Of a DNA stretch of 64,000 nucleotides, positions 20,343-28,425 are shown one piece after another. How positions within the stretch are numbered: the stretch's first letter is position 1; the number at the start of each line of letters is the position of its first letter. The notes beneath the pieces are model-generated. The model searched no databases. It was given only the letters and a program-made list of their open reading frames with translations, and was not told the origin of the DNA. A program made the translations under genes and the position numbers. Origin of the DNA: a virus; IMG/VR virus record IMGVR_UViG_3300042905_004067; one strand, 5' to 3'.

Positions 20343-21004
20343 GTTTTAACTTCCATAAATGAATTGCCTGGTGATTGCCATTCAACCAATTCGTCGTTAT
20401 AACCCATTTTTTTAAGTGCTTCCTTCTTAGAAGGTGCGTCGGAAAGACCCATCATCAATACTGTAGAAGCAGTTGCTTTGCCAGGCCAAGCACAATATTC
20501 TTCTCCTAATATTGCAACTTTTTTCTTTTGTTCAATTAAATACTTATGAGCACAACCAATAAACGTTTCGTGGTCAAACAAATTTCCTTTTGTTCTTTTA
20601 ACAAATTCACACTGATTTATCCATGTTTTAACAAACTCCAAACTTTCATTATTAAAATTAAACCACAGTGGAGATGCTTTAATCTTTACTAAATTATTTG
20701 GTTCGGTCGAAGCAGCACCAAGACTTACTCCAAGATTGGCAAACCCATCAAATGCATTTGGTTGTTTTAATATAAATGTATCAATATCCAACCAAAGGAT
20801 TGGTCTTTTATGTTCCGTGAGTTTTGAGTATATAAATTTTGGTTTTACTAAACAATTATCTTGATAACTGCCTAAAGATTGTATTTGAGTAATTTCAGCA
20901 GGAATTTGTAATCGTTCGCACTCCTCACGAAAACGTGCGGCATGATCGCTATAATAGGTGCTACCATCTACATCACAAAAATAACTTATCACAAGTGTTT
21001 GCAT
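20339..21004 (-). CDS. Nucleotide-diphospho-sugar transferase-like protein
   Basis: KPKFI...ILWLDID, W...C, DHE pattern. Confidence 0.6.
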   Translation of the reverse strand: MQTLVISYFCDVDGSTYYSDHAARFREECERLQIPAEITQIQSLGSYQDNCLVKPKFIYSKLTEHKRPILWLDIDTFILKQPNAFDGFANLGVSLGAASTEPNNLVKIKASPLWFNFNNESLEFVKTWINQCEFVKRTKGNLFDHETFIGCAHKYLIEQKKKVAILGEEYCAWPGKATASTVLMMGLSDAPSKKEALKKMGYNDELVEWQSPGNSFMEVKT

Positions 21005-21005
21005 A

Positions 21006-21407
21006 TTATTTACCTATATGATATTTAGGAATAAGGTCCCATTCTTTCTTTTCTTTGAAAGGAATAATTTTTAGTTGTGCGATACTCAATTGATTTTCTT
21101 TGTACTTATCGTCTAGTGGTGTTAGAAGTTCCCATTCAGTTAATAGTTTAACAATTGTATTTCTTCTTGCGATATCACTTTCGCTTGTGTCAGTTTCTAA
21201 ACCATCTAGTGCCAAAAGTTCTTTAAAGTGAAGAATTGCATATCTTCCTCGTTTATGAAGTATATGACAACTTTGATACAATTTTTTTTCTTTACGGGAT
21301 GAAACACCAATTCGGGTAAGGGTTTCTTTTACTTTGAGAAAATCGTCTTCATGCTTAAGTCGAATTTCCACTCCGTACCCTTCAAATATATCTTCCGTGT
21401 TTTTCAT
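21006..21407 (-). CDS. regA: Translational repressor RegA
   Basis: DDFLKVKETLTRIG...LYQSCHILHKRGRY..HFKEL..LDG. Confidence 0.97.
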   Translation of the reverse strand: MKNTEDIFEGYGVEIRLKHEDDFLKVKETLTRIGVSSRKEKKLYQSCHILHKRGRYAILHFKELLALDGLETDTSESDIARRNTIVKLLTEWELLTPLDDKYKENQLSIAQLKIIPFKEKKEWDLIPKYHIGK

Positions 21408-21456
21408 ACTAAACCATTTCTATTAATATTATATGCCATATCATTGATGGCACAGA

Positions 21457-21464
21457 TATTTATT
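21457..21464 (-). promoter_or_regulatory. Late promoter-like motif (AATAAATA) upstream of regA and the glycan island
   Basis: Same motif as upstream of gp18, gp19 and gp3; followed by a TGCCAT-N7-ATGGCA hairpin at 21434-21452. Confidence 0.55.
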
Positions 21465-21876
21465 ATTTGGCTAGTTTTGACGAGTCTTTGGAAGATCCCC
21501 CCTTGTATGTTTCTTCTTTTAGTTTCTTTATATCCTCTTCTGTTAACAAAGATAATACTTCTTTTGCCCGTTTATATGAATAACCATAAACTTCCTTTAA
21601 AATATCCATGAGTTCATATGTTTCATATTCATCTTTTAGCCATTTACTGTATCGCTTTCTTTGCCTTACGGATAAACGTAGATAGTCAAAATGCATTTTT
21701 TTATTTACAGATGGAAACATATTCATCTGGTTTGATTGCATTATTGTATCTGGAAAGTAGGATAAAGAATGGTTTACAATATATGGTGCATAATCTTTTT
21801 CATTTGGATTGTTTTCACCATCTAAAATAGACTCTTTTGAGTAGTTAATTGCTGTTAAAAAGTCTCCAAGTTTCAT
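21463..21876 (-). CDS. 62: Clamp loader small subunit gp62
   Basis: INYSK, YAPYIVN..LS..PDTI, RKRYSKW, YGYS..RA; position between gp44 and regA. Confidence 0.93.
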   Translation of the reverse strand: MKLGDFLTAINYSKESILDGENNPNEKDYAPYIVNHSLSYFPDTIMQSNQMNMFPSVNKKMHFDYLRLSVRQRKRYSKWLKDEYETYELMDILKEVYGYSYKRAKEVLSLLTEEDIKKLKEETYKGGSSKDSSKLAK

Positions 21877-22811
21877 TTAAATTCACACCCCATCATAAGT
21901 TCAACGAGACAAGCAACAAGATTAATTTCTTGATCTGCAACAAAAGCCGATTTATATTGATACTCTGCTAGAGTAAGAATAGCAGTAGGAATAGAACCGC
22001 TCTTTAGATGCTCATATAACCCATCGTAGAGTTTTCTAAAGACATACTGAGGATCATTGTCGATATTAGAAACTACCCATTGGCGAACCGATGCAAATTC
22101 TTTGTTTTGCATGTGCTTCATAAGTTCTTTAATTTTGAGTTCTCCGACTTCACTCAAAATGCCAATATCAATAGTTCCTGCTGAAGAATACCGTTGCAGT
22201 TCGTTTAGTGTCCTACGAAAATCAGGAAAATGTTTTATGATTAATTGAGATAGTACTTTCTTATCATAAGTAATCTTTTCTTGATCCAAAACATATTCAC
22301 ACCGCTTTAAAAATTGTTTTGCTAGTTCTGGTTTTTCTTTTACAGGAATACTAAAATCAATGCAAGTACAACGGGAGTGAATAGGCTCAATAATTCGATT
22401 TTTGTAATTACAAGTAAGAATAAATCGGCAATTCTTTGCAAATTCTTCAATAGCACCGCGCAAAGCCGGTTGAATTGATTGTGCATTTGAGTAATCAAAC
22501 TCATCAAGAATTACAATTTTTCGAGTATCGGACAGGGAAATAGTAGAAGCAAATTGACGAATCTTAGTTCTAAGCGTGTCAATATTACCGTCCTCTGAGC
22601 AATTGATTATAATCCAATCTGCACCAAGTTCATTACAGAGTGCTCTAGCAACGCTTGTTTTACCAGTTCCTGCTTTTCCAGATAGTAAAAGATTTGGACA
22701 CTCTCCTGCCTCAACGATATCAGTAAATGTTTTCTTCAGAGAGTCTGGAAGAATACACTCATTAATTGTTTTTGGTCGATATTTTTCAACAAATAGATTA
22801 ATTTCATTCAT
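21873..22811 (-). CDS. 44: Clamp loader large subunit gp44
   Basis: VEKYRP, GKAGTGKT, DEFD, SRC; start moved to MNEIN (GGAG SD). Confidence 0.97.
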   Translation of the reverse strand: MNEINLFVEKYRPKTINECILPDSLKKTFTDIVEAGECPNLLLSGKAGTGKTSVARALCNELGADWIIINCSEDGNIDTLRTKIRQFASTISLSDTRKIVILDEFDYSNAQSIQPALRGAIEEFAKNCRFILTCNYKNRIIEPIHSRCTCIDFSIPVKEKPELAKQFLKRCEYVLDQEKITYDKKVLSQLIIKHFPDFRRTLNELQRYSSAGTIDIGILSEVGELKIKELMKHMQNKEFASVRQWVVSNIDNDPQYVFRKLYDGLYEHLKSGSIPTAILTLAEYQYKSAFVADQEINLVACLVELMMGCEFK

Positions 22812-22824
22812 ATTATACTCCAAT

Positions 22825-22857
22825 AAAAAAGACGACTGGAAACCCAATCGTCTTTTT
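22825..22857 (-). terminator. Rho-independent terminator after gp45
   Basis: AAAAAGACGATTGG-GTTT-CCAGTCGTC-TTTTTT. Confidence 0.8.
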
Positions 22858-22876
22858 AAAACTCAAGGTTTCTCAC

Positions 22877-23566
22877 TCACTTATTGTAGTGACTTGTCGA
22901 TTCAAGTGCAACCCAATACTTGAGAGAAAGATCCTTATGGCTAAATTGACTAATCACAGACTTTGCAATCTTGACTTCGTATTCGCCAGGCAAGAACTTC
23001 AAGTTTTCAATTCTAAAATCAAACGAGAAAGATGAATCATCAGTCTTGTCCGCCAATTCAACAACATATTTGTTGCAAGTTGGATCGTTCTTATCACAAA
23101 CAACACCCACAATTTTATCTCCTTCAGTTGTAACAGAAAGGTGTGGAAGTTGAAGAACTGAGGAAGAACGAACGATTTCATCAAACAATGTTTCTGTCAA
23201 ATCAAATGTTACAACTGCTTCTGGCATGTTGATTGACTTCGTTGGAACTGTTAGCAATTTTGGTTCTGAATAGTAGTAAGTAACACTAGAACCATTATTG
23301 CCAGAAATAATTACGGACTTTTCACCAAACTCAAAGTCTGGATCTTTGAAGAGAGACACGGTTCCTAGAAACTTGTTCATGTCCCAAATACCAAACTCAG
23401 TATCAAACTTTTCATCTACCTTTACTTCTGCCATAACATTCTTAGCAGGAGCAACTGTGGAAATCTTAGTTCCTGGCTTTACCAGCAGATTTGAGTTAAT
23501 TGAAGTAAAATTCTTTAAAATTGTTAGTGTTTGTTTAGAAATTTTCATAGATGTAGATGTAGTCAT
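22877..23566 (-). CDS. 45: Sliding clamp gp45
   Basis: LKNFTSINSNL, FGIWDMNKFL, ENLK.LPGEY, YWVALE. Confidence 0.95.
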   Translation of the reverse strand: MTTSTSMKISKQTLTILKNFTSINSNLLVKPGTKISTVAPAKNVMAEVKVDEKFDTEFGIWDMNKFLGTVSLFKDPDFEFGEKSVIISGNNGSSVTYYYSEPKLLTVPTKSINMPEAVVTFDLTETLFDEIVRSSSVLQLPHLSVTTEGDKIVGVVCDKNDPTCNKYVVELADKTDDSSFSFDFRIENLKFLPGEYEVKIAKSVISQFSHKDLSLKYWVALESTSHYNK

Positions 23567-23748
23567 TGGTAATCCTCGTCTTCCATTTTATCAGCAATGT
23601 CGTCAAAGTCAATATTTCCGTGCTTAATATCATCCATAATACGTCTAGTATCGTGGCGATTTCCTCGGTTCTTTTTAACGCGAGTCTTCTTTACGGTGCG
23701 TTTAAAATCACGATTATCAGGTTCTCTTCCTTTATAGTATTCTGACAT
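23563..23748 (-). CDS. Small hypothetical protein (basic N-terminus, acidic C-terminus)
   Basis: 61-aa ORF abutting rnh and overlapping gp45. Confidence 0.65.
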   Translation of the reverse strand: MSEYYKGREPDNRDFKRTVKKTRVKKNRGNRHDTRRIMDDIKHGNIDFDDIADKMEDEDYQ

Positions 23749-24588
23749 TTAAAAATCCTCGATATTTTCCATTAAATTTTTAAGTTTATTTTGAATCATG
23801 TATGACATAACTTTTGTTTTTGAACCATTAATTGGTTTCTCAAACTCTTTAAGGATATTGTTCTCCAAATCAACAGGGATAGAAGATAGATCAATAATAG
23901 ACTTGTTTCTGTCATAGAATGGTAACTCCTGAATACGGTTATTCACGATGTCATCCATAACTTTAGACATAACCTTTGTTGTAAGTCTCTTTTGAGATTT
24001 ATTTTCATTTACGAACGTATCATCATCCGAAAAAATATTTGGAACTCCATCAGAAGCATCGCCGCGAACGATGTGTTCCATCAAAAACATTTTTGGATTA
24101 TCACTCTTGATGTATGCTTTTTTTAGTGGACTGTATTGATATACATTTTCAAATACACCAAGTTGCATAAAATCTTTATCATTTGAAAGAATTAAAATTT
24201 TATCAGTCTTATGATAATGCTTGGTTAGAACAAAAATGATATCATCTGCTTCAGCAGTATCCATAGTTACGCTCTTATACGGAAAATTTTCCTTAATTTC
24301 AGAACGAATCTTATGGAGACTATTGTAAATAGCATCCCAATCCATGTCAGAATTTGCTTGATTCTTTTTACGATTTTGTTTGTATTGGGGAAAGATTTTC
24401 TTTCTCCAACAGTTACTAGAATCATTACAGATTACTAATTGACCATACTCAGACCTAAATTCTGAGTTATATTTGCGGTAGGTATTCAATACCATATGGC
24501 GAATATAATCTTCATTCAGTTCTGGATAATCCTTCATTGTTTGAAAAATACTTGCCAAAATTATTTGATTGTTATCAAGGAGTATAAT
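23749..24588 (-). CDS. rnh: T4-type RNase H (5'-3' exonuclease), apparent ATT start
   Basis: WRK.IFP.YK.NR, EADD, SNDKDF.QL, GDASDGVPN; extension to ATT at 24588 restores the MILLDNNQ N-terminus behind a GAGGTG SD. Confidence 0.9.
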   Translation of the reverse strand: MILLDNNQIILASIFQTMKDYPELNEDYIRHMVLNTYRKYNSEFRSEYGQLVICNDSSNCWRKKIFPQYKQNRKKNQANSDMDWDAIYNSLHKIRSEIKENFPYKSVTMDTAEADDIIFVLTKHYHKTDKILILSNDKDFMQLGVFENVYQYSPLKKAYIKSDNPKMFLMEHIVRGDASDGVPNIFSDDDTFVNENKSQKRLTTKVMSKVMDDIVNNRIQELPFYDRNKSIIDLSSIPVDLENNILKEFEKPINGSKTKVMSYMIQNKLKNLMENIEDF

Positions 24589-24606
24589 GTTGCACCTCTT
24601 TGTTTT

Positions 24607-24634
24607 ATTATAAACAAAGATAATTAAAAGTCAA
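24607..24634 (-). promoter_or_regulatory. Sigma70-like promoter for rnh-45-44-62
   Basis: TTGACT-N16-TATAAT. Confidence 0.75.
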
Positions 24635-24957
24635 TAAATATTTACCCATTGCTCACTATTGCCATCGGTTATGTACTTATAAAGTTTTCCTGTTGTTGTA
24701 TCAAACCATTCATCTCCAATGTTTACTTGTAATGGAATTTTTTCGCCCCAATAAAACTGAATTGGGTTTGAACCACCACTTACAAGGCTCCAGCCACCAC
24801 GTTCGCCGTGAGCCGGTGATGTTTCTGTTATGGTTCTATTTGCAATATAAGTTTTGCCTTTATAAAGAACGACATCATTTTTCTGATATGTTATAACCAT
24901 ACCATTAGAATCAGTTGCCCTATATGTGCCTTTAAGATTTAAATTATCGAATGTCAT
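24631..24957 (-). CDS. Small protein with CBM5/12-like carbohydrate-binding motif
   Basis: YQKNDVVLYKGKTYIA...P...W plus GDEWFDTTTGKLYKY...QWV. Confidence 0.55.
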   Translation of the reverse strand: MTFDNLNLKGTYRATDSNGMVITYQKNDVVLYKGKTYIANRTITETSPAHGERGGWSLVSGGSNPIQFYWGEKIPLQVNIGDEWFDTTTGKLYKYITDGNSEQWVNIY

Positions 24958-26081
24958 TTAATTGACCTAAGAATAAGAGTATGTGAATTAATTCTTCCCT
25001 TTGGAGTCGTTTCTTTGGTCTTTATGCTGCTCCAAAGATTATTTATAGCACGAACCCCATCTTTCTTAATAGACTTAATAAATTCATTTGGCTTTCTTAT
25101 TGTTTTCTCTTTTGATTGAACAATATCAAAACCAATAATTGATGATCCTTTTACAGTAATTCCACCATTAGAAGGATCAGTAATAAACATTGAAGCCTTT
25201 TTGGTTTTAACATTATAGGTATAAACAGTAGAAGCACCAATAATTTGTTCTGGAGAAATAGACTCGGCGCCAGTACTTGTATCCTTAACAAGATACTTAA
25301 GTTTTTTGACAATTTGTTCTGGCTTTTTCTTCTTCTTCTTTCTTGGTTTCCTATTCGTCTTCAAAATAGATTGACGCAACTTTAAGTAATCACAAATCAT
25401 CTTATTGAAGTCATAGAACTTTCTTAGTTTTGCTTTGGTAAAATAACTATACCCCTCCATGAGATCTTTATTTTCTCCAAGAAGGCAAAGCCTAAGTTCT
25501 TCTGTTCGTGATTCGAATGTTTGTAGCATAAATTCACAGTGCATTCCACTCGGCTGAACAGATGTAAGCCAATCTTCAATACTGAACTGTTTATAGTTTG
25601 GAACATTTCCACGAAGATATTCCATATACTCATCAATTGCTTCTTCAAGTTCTGATGCTAGTTCACAAGATTGATTTCTAACACGATCACGAACTGAGAT
25701 GGTTTCTTCTGGTTTTTCATCTACTGAGAGAAGTTTGCCGCGCTCAATTAAAGACCTAATTGCATCATCAACTTTTTGCTGAAACATTGGAGGAAGAACA
25801 CAGCCTTTATTTGCTGCTTGGCATTTACCGCCAATCATTCGAAACTCAAATGCATCAGTTCCGGCCTTTTTAATAAACTCCCTATCCTTGATCTTCAGCC
25901 GATCAGCATATTCACAAACTGCTTGCCTATAATCTCTGTCACTATAGCGAACATTATACCAATTTGCTGCAAGAGCAATAGACCATGCTACCTTTTCGAT
26001 ATCATCAAAGTCTTCTTTGGTCCAATTCTTCCAGTTCGGTTCTTTTCCGTAAAAAATGTCTTCGACGTTTTGCTTTATCAT
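24954..26081 (-). CDS. Hypothetical protein of a type recurrent in T4-like phages
   Basis: RKPRKKK...KLKY...SISP.QIIGA...YNVKT...KTIRKP; start moved to MIKQN (ATGA overlap). Confidence 0.7.
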   Translation of the reverse strand: MIKQNVEDIFYGKEPNWKNWTKEDFDDIEKVAWSIALAANWYNVRYSDRDYRQAVCEYADRLKIKDREFIKKAGTDAFEFRMIGGKCQAANKGCVLPPMFQQKVDDAIRSLIERGKLLSVDEKPEETISVRDRVRNQSCELASELEEAIDEYMEYLRGNVPNYKQFSIEDWLTSVQPSGMHCEFMLQTFESRTEELRLCLLGENKDLMEGYSYFTKAKLRKFYDFNKMICDYLKLRQSILKTNRKPRKKKKKKPEQIVKKLKYLVKDTSTGAESISPEQIIGASTVYTYNVKTKKASMFITDPSNGGITVKGSSIIGFDIVQSKEKTIRKPNEFIKSIKKDGVRAINNLWSSIKTKETTPKGRINSHTLILRSIK

Positions 26082-27655
26082 GGTTTGTAGAATATAAAGA
26101 TCGGTTCGTATTTTACATAAGTACCGTCTACTTTGCAATAGTTTTTACACTTTGGAACACCATTTTCATCCAAACGATTCTGCCCAGGCATAGATTCTAG
26201 AGCCATTTTTAATACGCCCTTATATTCCATACCTAAACTCTCAAGAATAGTTTTTGAATCTTTTTCTAAAGGCAAATACTCATCTGCGATTAATAAATCT
26301 GCAATATTCCATAATAGATATCTGTCATTTTTTAAATACTCAACACAAGTTTCTAAAGTTGGCTTTAAGAAACCATCTCTCCACGATTCATATGTACTAA
26401 ACTTTTTGTAAGACTGCTCTGGATCTTCTGAATATGCCTCTCTATTAAAATAAGGAGGTGAGGTAAAAACCAAATCCAATTTACCCTTGTATTTTTGAAA
26501 ACTTGGATTGTGTTGTATTACTTCTGATCCTTCACAGAAAACTTCATATGTGTTTGTGTGGCTGAAGAATGGATTATTTCTGTACGTTTTCTTGTTAAAA
26601 AAGTCAGCCAATTTACTATATCTTGACCCCTCCGATAAATGATTATCGGTGTTAGGATCAGTACCAATATAGTGCAAAACACGATCATCCCTAACAGCCA
26701 TAGCACCCAAAATCCTACCTCCCCAACCACTCGAAGGATCATAAATGTGTAACGTTTCATTTGTTTTGACATGATTTGTAAATCTTTCATAAAGATACTT
26801 TGCGGTTAATGGAGGGAAGTTAACTGCGACTTGAATATAGCCAATACGAAATGAGGCAAATCCAGCAGGAAAAACTTTTTCTCCTTTTTTGTAAATACGA
26901 ATTGAATACACTCTGTCGTCTTTTAAATTTTCCGAATCAAATGTGGAATAGTGCCTATATGACATTTTTGGTTTCCATGTTTGAAACTGATCTTTTGTGA
27001 TCTGTAATATGTCACTCTGTTGTATTTGAAAATAACCACTATTCAATCCTTCACGGACTTTAACTTCCTCCAGCATAAAATCATATCCTTCAAAGATTGA
27101 AGGATTGCTAAAGAATGCATCCAACCACTCTTCACCAGTTTCAACATCTACAATTGCATATTTGGTGCTATGCTTTATGGCAGATAGTGCATGGCGATAA
27201 AAAGAGTCGCGGCGAAGATGCCGCATAGCACCACGGACAACACGATCTTGTAAAGTGTCATCCGCGAACAAGTCATAAATTGAATATCCATTATCTTTCT
27301 CCGTATAGTTAATTCTAGTTTTCATCATATTTGAAAACCATTGATCCGCCTCTCCACCAATTCTTGCTTTATTGATGATAACATCATCTATAGTTCCATC
27401 AGAATTCAATTGATCGGTGTGCGTAAACTGATTAACAGGATAATTAGTCATCTTGTTAAATTGATCAATTATATCTGATTCATTTTTACCAGTTCGTGGT
27501 GGGCAGCCATAAGTATCCCATGAATGTAATATTTCCTTACGCATGTCTTTAACCCAATCAGTAAACTCTGTTGGTGTCATGCTAAGTAATTCTTCAAAGA
27601 GCACATTTACTTTTGAATTAATTACATATTCATTTCGTTCATAAAACTCGTTCAT
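26078..27655 (-). CDS. DNA amino-methyltransferase (m4C/m6A) with long N-terminal region
   Basis: Motif I YDPSSGWGGR followed by motif IV FTSPPY; start moved to MNEFY (ATGA overlap). Confidence 0.8.
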   Translation of the reverse strand: MNEFYERNEYVINSKVNVLFEELLSMTPTEFTDWVKDMRKEILHSWDTYGCPPRTGKNESDIIDQFNKMTNYPVNQFTHTDQLNSDGTIDDVIINKARIGGEADQWFSNMMKTRINYTEKDNGYSIYDLFADDTLQDRVVRGAMRHLRRDSFYRHALSAIKHSTKYAIVDVETGEEWLDAFFSNPSIFEGYDFMLEEVKVREGLNSGYFQIQQSDILQITKDQFQTWKPKMSYRHYSTFDSENLKDDRVYSIRIYKKGEKVFPAGFASFRIGYIQVAVNFPPLTAKYLYERFTNHVKTNETLHIYDPSSGWGGRILGAMAVRDDRVLHYIGTDPNTDNHLSEGSRYSKLADFFNKKTYRNNPFFSHTNTYEVFCEGSEVIQHNPSFQKYKGKLDLVFTSPPYFNREAYSEDPEQSYKKFSTYESWRDGFLKPTLETCVEYLKNDRYLLWNIADLLIADEYLPLEKDSKTILESLGMEYKGVLKMALESMPGQNRLDENGVPKCKNYCKVDGTYVKYEPIFIFYKP

Positions 27656-28425
27656 GCGCCCACATTCCAAAACAGTGTAGTTTTATTTAAATTTGTGTTT
27701 TTATGTTTCATTATAAATTCCCATGCCTTTGCATCATATGTTGGTGCAGATGGAAATGGTGGTAAAATGTTTGTTGGTTTATTAAATGGTATATTGCAAT
27801 TATAAACCTTTGCTCTACCGTAGTTTCCTTTATGCCCAACACTTACCACATTAAAGTTTGCAGTTGGCCACGCAAGTTGTAGTCCTCTGGTTAGAGTCCC
27901 GCTAGATCCAACACTCCAAACTTCATCTGGAATCATGCCAATATTATAACGAGCAACTTTAACAATACAAGCCAAAACGTCAACATGATCTCCACCAATA
28001 GGAATTAAAACTCTATTAATAGGATCTTCTTTCACATAATCTTTTGCTCTTTTTTCTGTAACACTCAGCATTCCATTAGGAACCCACCGCATATCGGCAC
28101 CAGAAGCAATTGCTTCCTGTTGATAAGGATGTAATTTATTCATATCTCGTTGAGCCATAAAAATTACTGCCTTTTTTCCATATCTTGCGGCTGCTTTTGC
28201 AAAACTAATTTGTGCATAACCAGTTGCAGGGGAACTACCATAAACGAATTCTTTGTATGGCCAAGTTTTTATCATATAATCAATAAAACGCAGTTTGGAA
28301 CCACCCCCTAGAAGATCATCACGCACAACAAAAATATTATTGTGTTCAGTAATAATAGGAAGTGGGTTTGGATCTTCCCATTCTTCTACAATTTTTAAAA
28401 AATCTTCTGGTGTTGATAATATCAT
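27652..28425 (-). CDS. Fold-type II PLP-dependent enzyme (PALP-like)
   Basis: VVRDDLL.GGSKLR (Schiff-base Lys), SVGSSGTL phosphate loop, YDAKAW. Confidence 0.75.
   Translation of the reverse strand: MILSTPEDFLKIVEEWEDPNPLPIITEHNNIFVVRDDLLGGGSKLRFIDYMIKTWPYKEFVYGSSPATGYAQISFAKAAARYGKKAVIFMAQRDMNKLHPYQQEAIASGADMRWVPNGMLSVTEKRAKDYVKEDPINRVLIPIGGDHVDVLACIVKVARYNIGMIPDEVWSVGSSGTLTRGLQLAWPTANFNVVSVGHKGNYGRAKVYNCNIPFNKPTNILPPFPSAPTYDAKAWEFIMKHKNTNLNKTTLFWNVGA

Noticed and set aside
3786-21004. Host chromosomal O-antigen/capsule locus (chimeric contig or prophage flank)
   Set aside because: Continuous with regA (1-nt gap) on one side and phage structural genes on the other, same strand and AT content, and lacking wzx/wzy/wzm/wzt.
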